64,000 nt of DNA. Origin: the human T2T-CHM13v2.0 reference genome, Homo sapiens. Every line of letters starts with the position of its first letter. Position 1 is the first letter of the stretch. The DNA lies in NCBI RefSeq assembly GCF_009914755.1, contig NC_060932.1. One strand, written 5' to 3'. The notes beneath the pieces were generated by a model that searched no databases, had not been told where the DNA came from, and saw nothing but the letters and a program-made list of their open reading frames with translations. Below, in pieces: positions 1-12,995 of this stretch. A program made the position numbers and the translations under genes.

Positions 1-225
1 AGCCTGAAGCTTCCGGCTGTAAGACAGCGAGTGTCCACCAGAGGCTGCTGCTGCCATTCTCTGTCACTCCATCAATTCCCTTTCATTCTGGAGCCCTGAC
101 TCCATCATCCATTGCCCCTTTCTGTTGCCTCCAGCTTCCAAATGACAGATGGTCGTTTACTGACCTGCTGGTGACTTGGAGGTGGGGATGGGGTCCCTGA
201 AACTCGCAGATTTGTGTGAGAGACT

Positions 226-306
226 TATATCATATATACACACACACACACACATATATATATTTTCCCTCATAGTTGAGGTGCTACTAGAACCTAGGCT
301 TTTCCC

Positions 307-338
<32 letters not shown>

Positions 339-386
339 TTATTATATATATTATATATACTCTTTATATATATACTTTACATATAT

Positions 387-450
<64 letters not shown>

Positions 451-458
451 GGGAGAGA
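226..458. repeat. Compound microsatellite: (TA)/(CA)n, TA-rich tract, (GA)n, (GACA)n
   Basis: Directly visible tandem units; interrupted by the left arm of an inverted repeat at 271-307. Confidence 0.95.
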
Positions 459-1839
459 ACCTGGGAAAAGGCCAGGTTCTAGCAGCATCTCGAATATGGG
501 CAGGAAAAAGGACCTCTGCTTCCATCCTCTACGGAGCACCTCTCTCACTCCCTGCAAGGGCTGCCAGGTTGGGGTTAGGTCATGGCTGGTCCTTAAGTCC
601 CTGATTGCCAGGGAGGATACGATGCTCCCCTAGATGTGACCCCCTCACTGCAGCTGCAAATGCCTTGGGAAGGACCAGGAATTCTGCTTTGATTTGGAAT
701 CTGTTTGAAAGAGACAGAAATTACACAGATTGCTCCAGGGCACCCACCTGTAACTGATGAATCTTAGGTGTCCTCTCCAAGCCTTAGTAAGGGCTGCTTG
801 GTTGGCTCAGAGCTACTTGCTTCTTCCCACATCCCGCCTCCCAACCCGTTCTCCAGCCCTGTCCCCTCTGGCCAGCTGTGAGAGCCTCTGGCACAATGAT
901 ATTTCTTCCTAGTCAGAGCCCAGGCTTGTGGCATTGTAGGTTTGCTTCAGGGAGGGTAGTTCGATGAACCTAGTGTCTGGATTACTGTAATTCTATCTGA
1001 TCTGTTGTCTCTCTGTGTTGCGGCTCCCACCTCCAGCCCCAGACCATTCCAAATTCAGGACGTAAATCACCCACGGTGTGCTGCTTCCCTAGACAAGGGC
1101 CTGTGATGGATGTCTATTGCTTTGTGAATCCAAACTGCTGCCTGGCTTTCGAGGCACTTCATATTCTTCTCCGGTTTTCATAATCATCCAAGTGCATCTC
1201 TATGCTCTGCTTTGCCAGTGCCGTTGTCTCAACCCTTCTCCTGAAGCTCCCATCCCTGAAAAAAAAAAACCACCTAGAGCCAAAAAGATGAAAGCAAACA
1301 AGAAAGCAAGCAAATAAACAAAAAACCACACACAAAGCCATACCAGGCTCATTTTTATGTTCTGGTTTAGAATGCCCCTTCCTGTCTGCTTCTGTAACCC
1401 AGTGCTACTTAACTTCTGAGTCAGAATTCAAATCCTGCCTCCAGGCAATTTGAATCCACACTGACATCTTTCTTCATGACCCAGAGCACTTTTGTCTGCA
1501 CCAGACACATTGGAATGTAATTATGTTTGAGATGCTGATGTTGAATTGTTTTATACTCATTTATCCAATTGTTCAGTAATCATTCATTGAGTGCTTATTA
1601 TTATGTTTCAGGGTTGGGCTTATTCACCAATCTAGGAGTCATCCCTGATGACTTTCTGTCTCTCCAGGATCAATCTGTCAATCGGGCTGAGAGATGCTTC
1701 CAAGATATGTGCTGTGCCTGGCCTTTTCTCCACTTCTTCTGCCTTGCCCAGCATCTCCAGTCCAGATTTTGAAATCACCTCACTTCCACTATTGCCCCAA
1801 TGTAATGCATTCTCCATAGACAGGGATTCTTGAAGGGAG

Positions 1840-2457
1840 GAAATCAGATCATGTTGGTTAATCACCTTGGTTAAAATTCTCCAGTGGTGTTTGTCCTATT
1901 GCAATTGGAATCAAATAGAAATAGAACTAGAAAATAAAATAGAACCATCCTTACCCATGGCTTATGAGGGTGCATGTCACTTAGCCTCTGCCCACCTTTC
2001 TGGCCCCGTCTCCTGTTTCTCTCCCTGTCAGTCACTAAGTTCCACCTCCCTGGCCTTCTCTCCTTTGCTTCAGCCTGAACCAAAGTTGGTTGCAACCTTT
2101 GAGCCTCTGCACTTGGTGTCTCTGCCAGGGATTCTCTTTCCAGTTGTTTATGCCATAAACTGTATGTTATCATTTTGGGATTTAGCTCAAAAGTCACCAA
2201 CTTAGAGAAGTCTCCTATGACCATGCTATCAAATATTGGCCTCCTTGTCAATCTCTTTCTCATTACCTTGTTTTATTTTCTTTATGGCACTTGTCTTATT
2301 CATTTATTTTGTTTCTCCCCATCCTCCTCCCTTCACTAGAATGTAAGTTCTAGGAAAGTGAGAGGGTGGTCACTTTTGCTTTCTGCCACACTGCCAGAGC
2401 CCAGAACAGTGTCTGGTGGACTCAATATTTGTTTAAATAAAAGAATGCATGAATGGT
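1840..2457 (+). mobile_element. L2 LINE 3' fragment
   Basis: Pyrimidine-rich L2-like body (ctagaatgtaagttc...cccagaacagtgtctgg...ctcaatatttgtt) ending in a (gaat)-like tail. Confidence 0.7.
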
Positions 2458-2728
2458 AAAAAGACCACGTGACTGAATGTATCCAAGATGAATAAACATA
2501 GCCCCTACCTTCAAATAGTTCACAGAATGCTTGTAAAGGAGAGAGACTAATAAACATTTCCAAACCAAGGTGACAAAAGCTATGATAGAGAAAGGTATAA
2601 AAGCACTATTCGAACACAGATGAGGAAATAATTAAATTTGCTTCATTTGAATGAGGCTTATCTCTTTGCTTGTATGGTAAGCTCCTTAAGGACAAACTGT
2701 ATTTTATGCTTTTATTACATTCCTCACC

Positions 2729-2900
2729 GCGGTGGTTTCCAAATGCCAGGCCCCGGACAAGCTGCAACAGAATCACCTGGGGAGTTAAAAAAAAAAAATC
2801 ACAGATTTCTGATTCTGGATATGCAGAAGTGGAACCCTAGGGTCTGTCTTTGTATAACAGTTCCTTGGGTAGTTCTGAAGCACATTGGCTTGGGGGCCAG
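2729..2900. mobile_element. MER5-type hAT-Charlie DNA transposon relic
   Basis: gtggtttccaaa...cagaatcacctggggag...ttctgaagcac, resembling the MER5A/B consensus. Confidence 0.6.
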
Positions 2901-3539
2901 TTTGCTACATTGTCTGAGACAGGGCTGGGCACATTGTGGGCACCCAGCGTGCTTGACTGAACTGAAATAAATCCATCTCTGTCAGCTCCATTCTTTCTCT
3001 GACCAGCTGCAGCTGAGCCCAGAGTGAATGACCACGCATGTCTGAGGTTCCTGCCAGTGGGGAGAGCACGAGAAGATAACAGCAATCCTTCCTTCTTCCT
3101 AGCGTGACGGCTTTAGTGTCGCTCATACCTCTTCACAGGGATGGTTATTACCAGCCTTATGGGTCGTTTTATTCTTTTAACTGAACAGCACACAGGCATT
3201 CTCCTCTTAGCTACCTACCCCTTGTGAATAGTCGCGTGGCAGCCGAGAGCCGCAGCCTGGAGACAGCCACCTCCGGGCCGCACGGTCTCCTGGTTCTCAC
3301 AGGCACTGGGCCCTGAGCTGAAGGGCAGGCGGGAGTCTGCGTGCCCATGCTGGTGTGGACTGATGTCTGCGACTTGGGCCACAAAGCAGGATTGGATTGG
3401 CCTCCATAGGTTCTGATGTGATTTCCCTGGAGAACTGGCCTCAGAGGGCTGGCAGCCTGGGGGCAAGATGGGAAATGGTCTCCCTTCATCATTGGGAAGC
3501 CTCTGGACATCTTTGATCCTTTAATCTGTCATGGTATCA

Positions 3540-3813
3540 TTTTTTTTTTTTTGGGACAGGGTCTTGCCCTGTCACCCAGGCTGGAGTGAAGGCTCACTGC
3601 AGCCTTCACTTCCTGGGCTCAAGCCATCCTCCTGCCTCAGTCTCCTCCAAGTAGCTGGGACTACAGGCCTGAGTCACCATGTCTGGCTAATTTTAGTAAA
3701 GACAAGGTTTACTATGTTGCCCAGGCTGGTGTCAAAGTCCTGAGCTCTAGCAATTCTCCAGCCTCGGCCTCCGAAAGTGCTGGGATTACAAGCGTGCGCC
3801 ACTGTGCCCAGTC
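3540..3813 (-). mobile_element. Alu (AluJ-like)
   Basis: Antisense dimeric Alu with poly-T; TSD tgtcatggtatc at 3527-3538 and 3814-3825. Confidence 0.95.
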
Positions 3814-4223
3814 TGTCATGGTATCTTGACTTGTCATTGGGGAGGACCCTATCCAAGAATGGCTGGAAAGCCAGTGACTGACTGGGAAATGTCAATGCTT
3901 GTGATTCCAGAATTTTTATATAAGAGAGGCTTAGGGGTGGCAGTATTTTGAAAGGCTAACTAAAGGCCTTCTAGAAAGTCATGTTTTATAGCAAGCCCAC
4001 TGTTTGTGCTTGCATTACGTCTTGGCTAGGGGTAGCCTAGGAGTCTGATGAAGATATAGGGGAAACACCAGAGTTCAATGCACCCCTCCATGCTGCCTGC
4101 TCATGCCTTCATTAAAGTCACCACTGCTCTTTGGGCTTAATCTTGGAAACTAAAGTGCCTCCCAATCTCATCTTCTCGCTCCACTTCTTTCTTTCTTCAC
4201 TCTTACACTGGCCAAGATCTTCA

Positions 4224-4879
<656 letters not shown>

Positions 4880-5034
4880 AAGAAGGGAGCAGAGGTTTCT
4901 AGGAACAGGTATAATGACCATGGGGCGAGGATGGGAGAGACAGACTGGCTTTTGGTGAAGAACATAGTGAGCTCAGTGCTCAGGGGAGGCAGCACTTGCC
5001 AGGGGCTCGCATTGCTGGTGGAGGGTGTGGGGGC

Positions 5035-5195
5035 CCAGGAATCAGACCATCCAGGTTTACATTCTTATTCTGTCCCTCACTCCCTTGGAGGCCTTGGTCA
5101 GGTCCATTAAACCTCTCTGGGACTCAGTTTTTTCATCTGTAAAATGGGAATAATCACAATCCCCCAATACTTCTGGGCTCCTATCAAATGAGAAG
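5035..5195 (+). mobile_element. MIR
   Basis: Core motif ctcagtttttcatctgtaaaatgggaataat. Confidence 0.75.
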
Positions 5196-5921
5196 CAAGT
5201 GCCAGGGTGCTATTTTCTCATTTTTCCCTGCTTCTTCTTTTATTTGTTTGATACAAAAGCAACAAACTTACTTGTGGCAAAAACAACTACTTGTGTACTA
5301 AAAAAAGAATAATGGATTCTTTTAGATGTTAATAGCGCTTTGTAAAACTTATACACAGATGTAAGAAACAGAAAACAAAGGAGCAGGAGTTCCTTAGGTC
5401 TCAACGGTTTCAAGGGCCCCTCTGTACAAAAACTCAGGAAGGCAACTTACTTCCTCAATGTGCAAACAAACAAACAAACAAAAAACCTGAGGAAAAAGGT
5501 TAACGGGTGTGCAGCACATTCTGTTTAATAATGTGGGGAAGCATATAATGCTTTTAATAAAGACTTCCATAAAAATTGTGAAAATACATAGAAGTTCTAC
5601 CATTGGGAAAACAGCCTGCATCCTTTGGGCTATTTACTTATGTGGAAAAGCTCATTCTTCTTGTATGTGACTGATCCTTGTGCTTCCCAATTATAATTAC
5701 GTTTATAACCTGGGTGCCAGCTGGGAAGGGGGTTCCTCCCGTTATGCAGAGTAGGTACAAAAGGCAACCAGCAAAACAGCGCTCACCAATTTCTTTCATC
5801 AGTTGGTATAAATTTGTCTCGCTCTTTGATTTGTATCCATGTACTCTCCTTTGGTACCCTCTCCCTAAGACTTTTATCAATTTGAGCATTAGCTAAGTTA
5901 GTTAAACAGATTGGTCTTCTT

Positions 5922-6215
5922 GTCTGGGTATGGTGGCTCAAGTCTGTAATCCTAGCACTTTGGGAGGTCGAGGGAAGAAGATCACCAGGAAGTCAAGACC
6001 AGCCTGGGTAATAAACAAAGACCCCATCTTTATTTAAAAAAAATTTAGCTGGGCATTGTGGTGTATACCTGTAGTTCTAGTTACTTGGGAGGCTGAGGCA
6101 GGAGGATCGCTTGATCCCAGGCCAGGAGGTTGAGGCTGCAGTGAGCTATGATGGCACCACTGCACTCCAGCCTGGGAGACAGAGCGAGACCCCATCTCTA
6201 CAAAAAACAAAAATA
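5922..6215 (+). mobile_element. Alu (AluJ-like)
   Basis: Diverged dimer with J-type gaggctgcagtgagctatgat and A-rich tail. Confidence 0.93.
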
Positions 6216-6350
6216 GAAAAGCAAGTTGGCTTTTCTCCCCATCTTTGGCTATCTCTTCTCCTGGTTAGGCTTTGTTTCCTCAGCTCACTGGGTCTTGCTT
6301 TGGCCATTCTTGGAGCTAAGAATATCATTTTATCTCCAGCTGGCTGGTAA

Positions 6351-6696
<346 letters not shown>

Positions 6697-7576
6697 TAAA
6701 AAGACGGAATTGCATGGTAGAAATGCTCCTGGATCTGGAATCAAGAGTCCCAGATTTGGGATTGGTTGTTTGGTCTTCCATTTCAACCCTCTGGGTCTCA
6801 GTCTCATATTTCTCCCCCGTAGAATGAGGCAGATGGATTAGCTAAACTCTCAGGTTCTTTCCAGCTCAGATGTTTTTGGATTCTGAGAGTCTGTGCTTAG
6901 TCGTGGTTTGCCTGTTAATGTTTGCCTACAATGAGACTCAAAGTTTCATCTTCATTCTTGCGGCTGGATTTTACGGCCTTTGTGAGACATAGATCTAGCC
7001 CATAAGTGTGGGCCCCCAGGGAGATGGACCGTTTCCTCCTCAGGGTGTGTATTCTTGAAACTCTGCATGTGGTGGCTTGATGGAAAAATACATGAGTCGG
7101 TACTCCGAGGGACCTCAGGGTGTGACGTTTTGACCATTTTTTAAAATCAAGAAAATAGGCTTAATTTTGCCTTAATCTGGGGTTCAAGAAATCATCAAAT
7201 TATAGAACTTGAGTTAAAAGCATTTCTAGAGACCTTTAAAAAATTTAACCTTTCTTTTTAAATTATAAAACCAGTACATGACCTGGTAAAAATAAATTCC
7301 AATGGTATTTAGTGGTATAAAATGAAAAGCAAAAATGTCCTTTAACCTCACCTTCAGTGCCCCTTCCTAAGGAATCCCCTGTAATGAGTTTCTTATGTAT
7401 CTCCTGAGAAATTTTCTGTGCAAAATCTTGCATTCATACGATCTCTGTATCAACTCCTTCCACCTGCACTTAAGCACACACACATACACAGATGTAGACA
7501 TTTTGTAAAATTTGCATCTTGCTTTCTGCGTTTAATGATACAAGTTGGAGATTTTCCACACTAGTGCTTATGGATC

Positions 7577-8041
7577 TGTTGCAGGGCAGGTGAGCCCCAA
7601 AACTGGGACTTAGCCCAGGAGAGTTTTTGGCTTCACCCAGGGAAAGCCCGTGGTGTTAGACAGCAACTTTTCTTGAAGTGGCAGTGAACAGCAGAAGCAG
7701 ACATACTGTTCTTTGTGGAGCAGGGTTACCCCATTGGCAGTGTGCCCACAGTAGTAGCTCAGGGTCAGTTCTGCAGTCATACTAATACTCATTTTTAATC
7801 ACATGCAAATTAAGGGGTGGATTATTCAAAATTTTTTAGAAAAAGGGTGTTACTTCCAGGTTGTTGCCATGGAAAGGGGCAAGAACTTCTAGGTCTCACC
7901 ATGGCAAAGGTTAACTGACATGGCGCTGGTGGGCGTGTCTTATGGAGAGGTGCTTTTCCCGTTTCCTTATTTTAGCTAGTCTTAAATCCGGCCCCAAGTT
8001 TGAGTCCTGCCTCCAGAGTTGAGTCTCCGCCTCCTACCTTA
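7577..8041 (-). mobile_element. ERV1 solo LTR (MER66/MER4-group-like) inserted into an old L1 relic
   Basis: Minus strand starts taaggtaggaggcggagactcaactc and ends ...gcaaca; 4-bp flanks gatc/ggtc; contains ATGCAAAT and gttgccatgg. Family name is from memory. Confidence 0.75.
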
Positions 8042-8177
8042 GGTCTGCCCTGTTCTTTATAAGGCCATCCAGTATTCCTGGAGGGGAGAGGATTTTGGTT
8101 TCAACAAGCAGTGGACACCCAGATTATTTCTAGCTTGTTGCTGCTGCAAACAGCGCTTCTTCAGAAAGCCTTTAATT

Positions 8178-8400
8178 CGGTGGTTTCTAAAGTTTGATCC
8201 TTGGAACATGAGCCTTTAGAGACACTTGGTGACAACAAAACAGATTCAGAGGTCAAGCAAACATGGAAACCACTGCATTTTAGATTCCGCCTTACAATGG
8301 CCTATTAAAGTTTCCTGGAATTCACCGAGTAAGGAAACCTGAAAAACATGGCTTCACCTGATGCTTTCCCAACTTGTTTTTGACCATTTCACTGCTGAAT
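8178..8400. mobile_element. hAT-Charlie relic (Charlie4/MER112-like)
   Basis: cggtggtttctaaagt start; internal tttcccaac...tttgacca motif typical of Charlie derivatives. Confidence 0.45.
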
Positions 8401-9223
8401 ACATACCCTCGTCGCCTATTTATATCTCAAAATATGTGTATACTAGTGTTCTCTTATGAATATATAGTAGCGTGTTGAGGAAGTGGTCTCAAAAATGTTG
8501 CTTTACCCTACAGATGAGTTCAAAGAGAGGGAATTACTGGTACAAGATGATAGAACCAACAATTAGTGGCAGAAATAGGAATAGAACCCAAGGCCCATCC
8601 TTTTTTTTACTATAGGAAGAACAACCTCCTGTATATGGAAGCCTCTTCCCAGGCCATGAAATGTTGCACCCACGTTCAAAGGGTTTGGCAAGAAAGCTGT
8701 GGATCTTAAAACAAACCCCCTGTGACCTAGGTTTGTAATTTGGCTTGAAGTATGCAATTACTTTAACAAGAACAGTTTGGTAAATTAATTGGCTTGTCAC
8801 TAGATTCATATTCATGGTGCTTTCAGTGTCATTTTTATAATGCCACAGTGTCTCGTCAGTAACTGCCTGAGGAGCATCACGATGCTATTGCCCTGATGGA
8901 GCGAAAATGGGCATGGCGCTGGGGGCTGGGCAGGTTATGTCGGGGAGGAACTATTTGCCTTTCTCATTCAAGTCCACCCAAATGGTTGAGATAGGGAAGG
9001 AATATGGGGCCAGGGACTAAGGATGTGGAAACTGACAAATCCTCAGCTAGTTCTGGTGGGCTATTTGGAAAGCTTAGAAATCTTCTCAGAACGAATTCTT
9101 AACCCCACTCAAGAGGACTGTGCAGACTAGATCTAGGGTACCCTGGCAGAGTTGAGAAAAGAAAGAAAGAAGGAAGAAGCCACTTGGTGCCAGGAACTTT
9201 CCTCAGATAATTTGTGGACACTG

Positions 9224-9382
9224 TTTTATTTTTTTTTAATTTTTAATTTAATTTTATTTTTTCATGGAAATGGGGTCTCACTGTGTTGCCCAGGCTGGTC
9301 TCAAACTCCTGAGCTCAAGCAGTCCTCCTGCCTTGGCCTCCCAAAGTGCTGGGATTATAGGCACGAGCTACCGTGCCCAGCA
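9224..9382 (-). mobile_element. FLAM_C / free left Alu monomer
   Basis: Single antisense monomer with T-rich tail; TSD acactgttt. Confidence 0.88.
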
Positions 9383-10279
9383 CACACTGTTTCGTTTAAA
9401 CATTGCCACTCTTCAAAAGAGTTCTTATCCCCATTTTACAGAAAAGAAAATTGAGGACCTGAGAACTGAAATGACTTCTCTAGGGTTACACTGAGTTGCA
9501 ACCTTCCTCATGGCACTGGGTGACCACCAGGTCTGAGCAATAGTTGAGTCTCATCCCAGTCCTTCTGAGCTGTGTGACATTGGACAGCTTAGGCAATGAT
9601 TCTATGTTGAAGTTTCCTCAGCTGTAAAATAGAAAGAAAATATACCTCCCAAGTTGTATGAATTTATTAAAACAGGACAGGTGAGCATGTGTAGCCCAGT
9701 CCTGGCATGTGGTTTTGAACTATTCCCTGCACCATGCTGGTTACCCTGGTGGTTCCTTGTGTTCTGACCTCCTCTGCAGGTTCACTTCAAGGCTGAATTG
9801 TTCATATGGTGCAACAAATGTGGCTGAAAGTCCAGGTTGGTTTTTGCTGTCTACATGTTGAGTGGCCCAGATCAGATGGTAAGAATTTGCCTCACGAAGC
9901 TCCTCACACCTAGTGGGCGCTCCATAAACATTTGCTCACTGATTAGATAATTAATCAATCTCTCTCTCTCCTCCATCACTTGGCTTTTTTCCACCTCAAA
10001 CTGCCTGTATATTGCCTGGCCCTAGGAGCCAGGAGCACAGCTGGTGTCCAAGAACGGTGAGATGACCCCCAAATCACCCACCTGCTAGTATTACCCTGTG
10101 GCCAAGACAATAGCTCTTACCCGGACCAGTGATGAGGTTTTACTCTTGGGGTCTCTGGCTCTTTCTTGGTGCTGCTTTTCATGGGTTGGCACCTAGTGAG
10201 GTCACCTGACTCACCCTTCAAGCGACTGTGGCACTCACTACCTTTATAATTTCTCTCGTTCTTTTTTTTCTGTATTGAT

Positions 10280-10505
10280 AGCTGTGTGATGCTGGGTTGC
10301 CATGACAACTGATTGATTAGCATCCAATTCCTGGACCGGGAAACATGCAGCCATAAAGAATTACAAATGATGCCTGATTGTCTGCTGCCAATAGCCTGAT
10401 TGCTGCCATTTTCTGGCAGGTAGCTCAGCCCTAACAGGAAACCCTGTGCTGTGCAATTATTGCGACGTGATTGATGCCTCACTATAGTTACAATCGGCCG
10501 TGTTT
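10280..10505. promoter_or_regulatory. Candidate enhancer (RFX X-box plus PBX/HOX motifs)
   Basis: GTTGCCATGACAAC at 10296-10309 abuts TGATTGAT at 10310-10317; CCATAAA 10351-10357; TGATTGAT 10468-10475; non-repeat sequence. Confidence 0.5.
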
Positions 10506-11196
10506 CCAACTCAGGAGGTTTAAAAAAAAATTCCCCCTTTCAGATGAAAATGCTCATAAACATGGAAGGATGAAGTATGGAGTGGGGGAGGGAAGTGGGG
10601 CTGGCAGGGGAGGTCAGCGTGGACTGAGCAGGAGCCCAGCTAGAGACTCAGAGGCAGGGCAGGGAGAGAAGGCAGGATGGTGGCATATGGATAAGGAAAA
10701 AGGGATGGCTGGCTGCTGGTGCTTCTCCACCCCTCCAACTCCTGGGCCCCAGAGCACACGAAGGGGTGGCTCAGAAATCACTTCCAAATGAGAGGCCTGA
10801 AAAGTAGAGGGTGGGTGCAAGATGGACAGCAAAATCTACACAGGCCACAGGTGGTGTACTGCTCAGGCCAATTACTGAAGCAGCTCTTTGGGGCTCAACT
10901 CATTTTTGATGGCCAAAGAACAAGCACCTGGGCCTGGAAATAGAGTCTGGGAAAAAGGCCATGACACCAGGGAGAACAGGGTTTGAGAGGGGGCCAGCAT
11001 GGGGGATAGAGCCACAGGGAGACTGGTGCTCAGAGCCTTGGGGACACAAGAGACCTTTTCTTTTGACCCAGGGAAAAAATGCCTTTCTTGTTCCTCCATT
11101 GGATATTGAATATTTTTATCAGGCTTGTAGAGAGAGATAGAGAGAATGAAAATATTTGTGACTGTTAGGGCTAGACTTTATTGCAAAGGAAGGTAG

Positions 11197-11492
<296 letters not shown>

Positions 11493-11700
11493 GTCTTTTA
11501 CCTTTTAAATGCTGTCTGTTCCTGTGAGCAAATAATTGGGTATCTTCCAAATCATGTCCACAATTCAATGATACCCAAGTCATTGTGCTATGAATAATTC
11601 TTCCCCTTAGTTTAAAGATGGTCTTCTTTGTTTTAGTCTTCCTATAAACAGCAAACACTCCTAGAACTAGTATTATTTACTTACGTAAACCTAAATGTGA

Positions 11701-12000
<300 letters not shown>

Positions 12001-12774
12001 CATCAATGTGTTTTTGTCGTCACCTTATAATTGCTTGAATCCTTGCTGTCATAATATTTAGGGATTTTTACTTTTGCATTCATTATTGCTGCTACTTGAG
12101 AATGGGGACTATTATCATTAATCCGGCATGTAATGGAGCCATAATAAGTGTTGTTGCACGCATGAATAAATGCAAAGATGGAGCAGCCTCAAAGTACATG
12201 TGGTAGAAATTCGGTGCAGTAAGGCGTGATGGGAGTGGTGGTGATCAAGCTAAAACGGGAACTGTTGAAGACCTGTTCTAGTCATATAAAGGGAGGCCTG
12301 GATCTAGCCTACTTCTTAAGGAAGGCTTAAGGATGTCAGAAGACAGGATCAGAAATCCAAGCAGGCTACTATCTTTGGTACCTGACATTTTTAGCCATGA
12401 CTCATGGATACCATAGCAAAGAATAGGTTTCTGTAGATGCGTGCCTTTCCTTTTGGCTACTGATAGGTATTACTTGCCTACAGCGTGGATCTATCAATCA
12501 GAAAAACCACCTATAAGTTGACCCCAATAGTCCAATATTCTTTTCAAATGAGGAAAAGTGGATGAAACTTTTAAATGTACTATTTGTCTTCTCACTATAT
12601 TGTAACTAAACCAAAGCCAGGAATACAGAGAAAGCATTTTATATATTATTGTTGAATTTAACAAAGAAATTAGGTTGAAACTCAATGACTTTCTGGGATG
12701 TGGCATAAGAATGGAAGAGGAATAGTAAAAATAAATGTGGGGAATTATTTAGGCAATGGGAGATATTGATGGCT

Positions 12775-12995
12775 TCTAGGAACCAAGATACACGCAGTCC
12801 TAAGTTCAAGTGGCAGCTCCACAGCTTATCAGCTGTAAAACCTTGGGCAGGTTATTGAGCCTTAGTTTCTCCATCTGTAAAATGGAAGATAATCACAGCA
12901 CGTATTTGTAGGGTATCCAGAAGAATGAATTAAGAGAATGGATGCAAAGCACACAGCACATGGTAAGAACTCAGTAAGTGTTAAGTATGATTATT
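12775..12995 (+). mobile_element. MIR
   Basis: ccttgggcaggttatt...tttctccatctgtaaaatgg...gcacatggtaagaactcagtaagtgtt. Confidence 0.8.

Noticed and set aside
32-52. CTCF-like CCACCAGAGGCTGC
   Set aside because: Mismatches at the near-invariant GGC positions.
9905-9925. CTCF-like cacctagtgggcgct
   Set aside because: Several core mismatches, and it is part of an L2 3' end (tagtaggcgctcaataaa-like).
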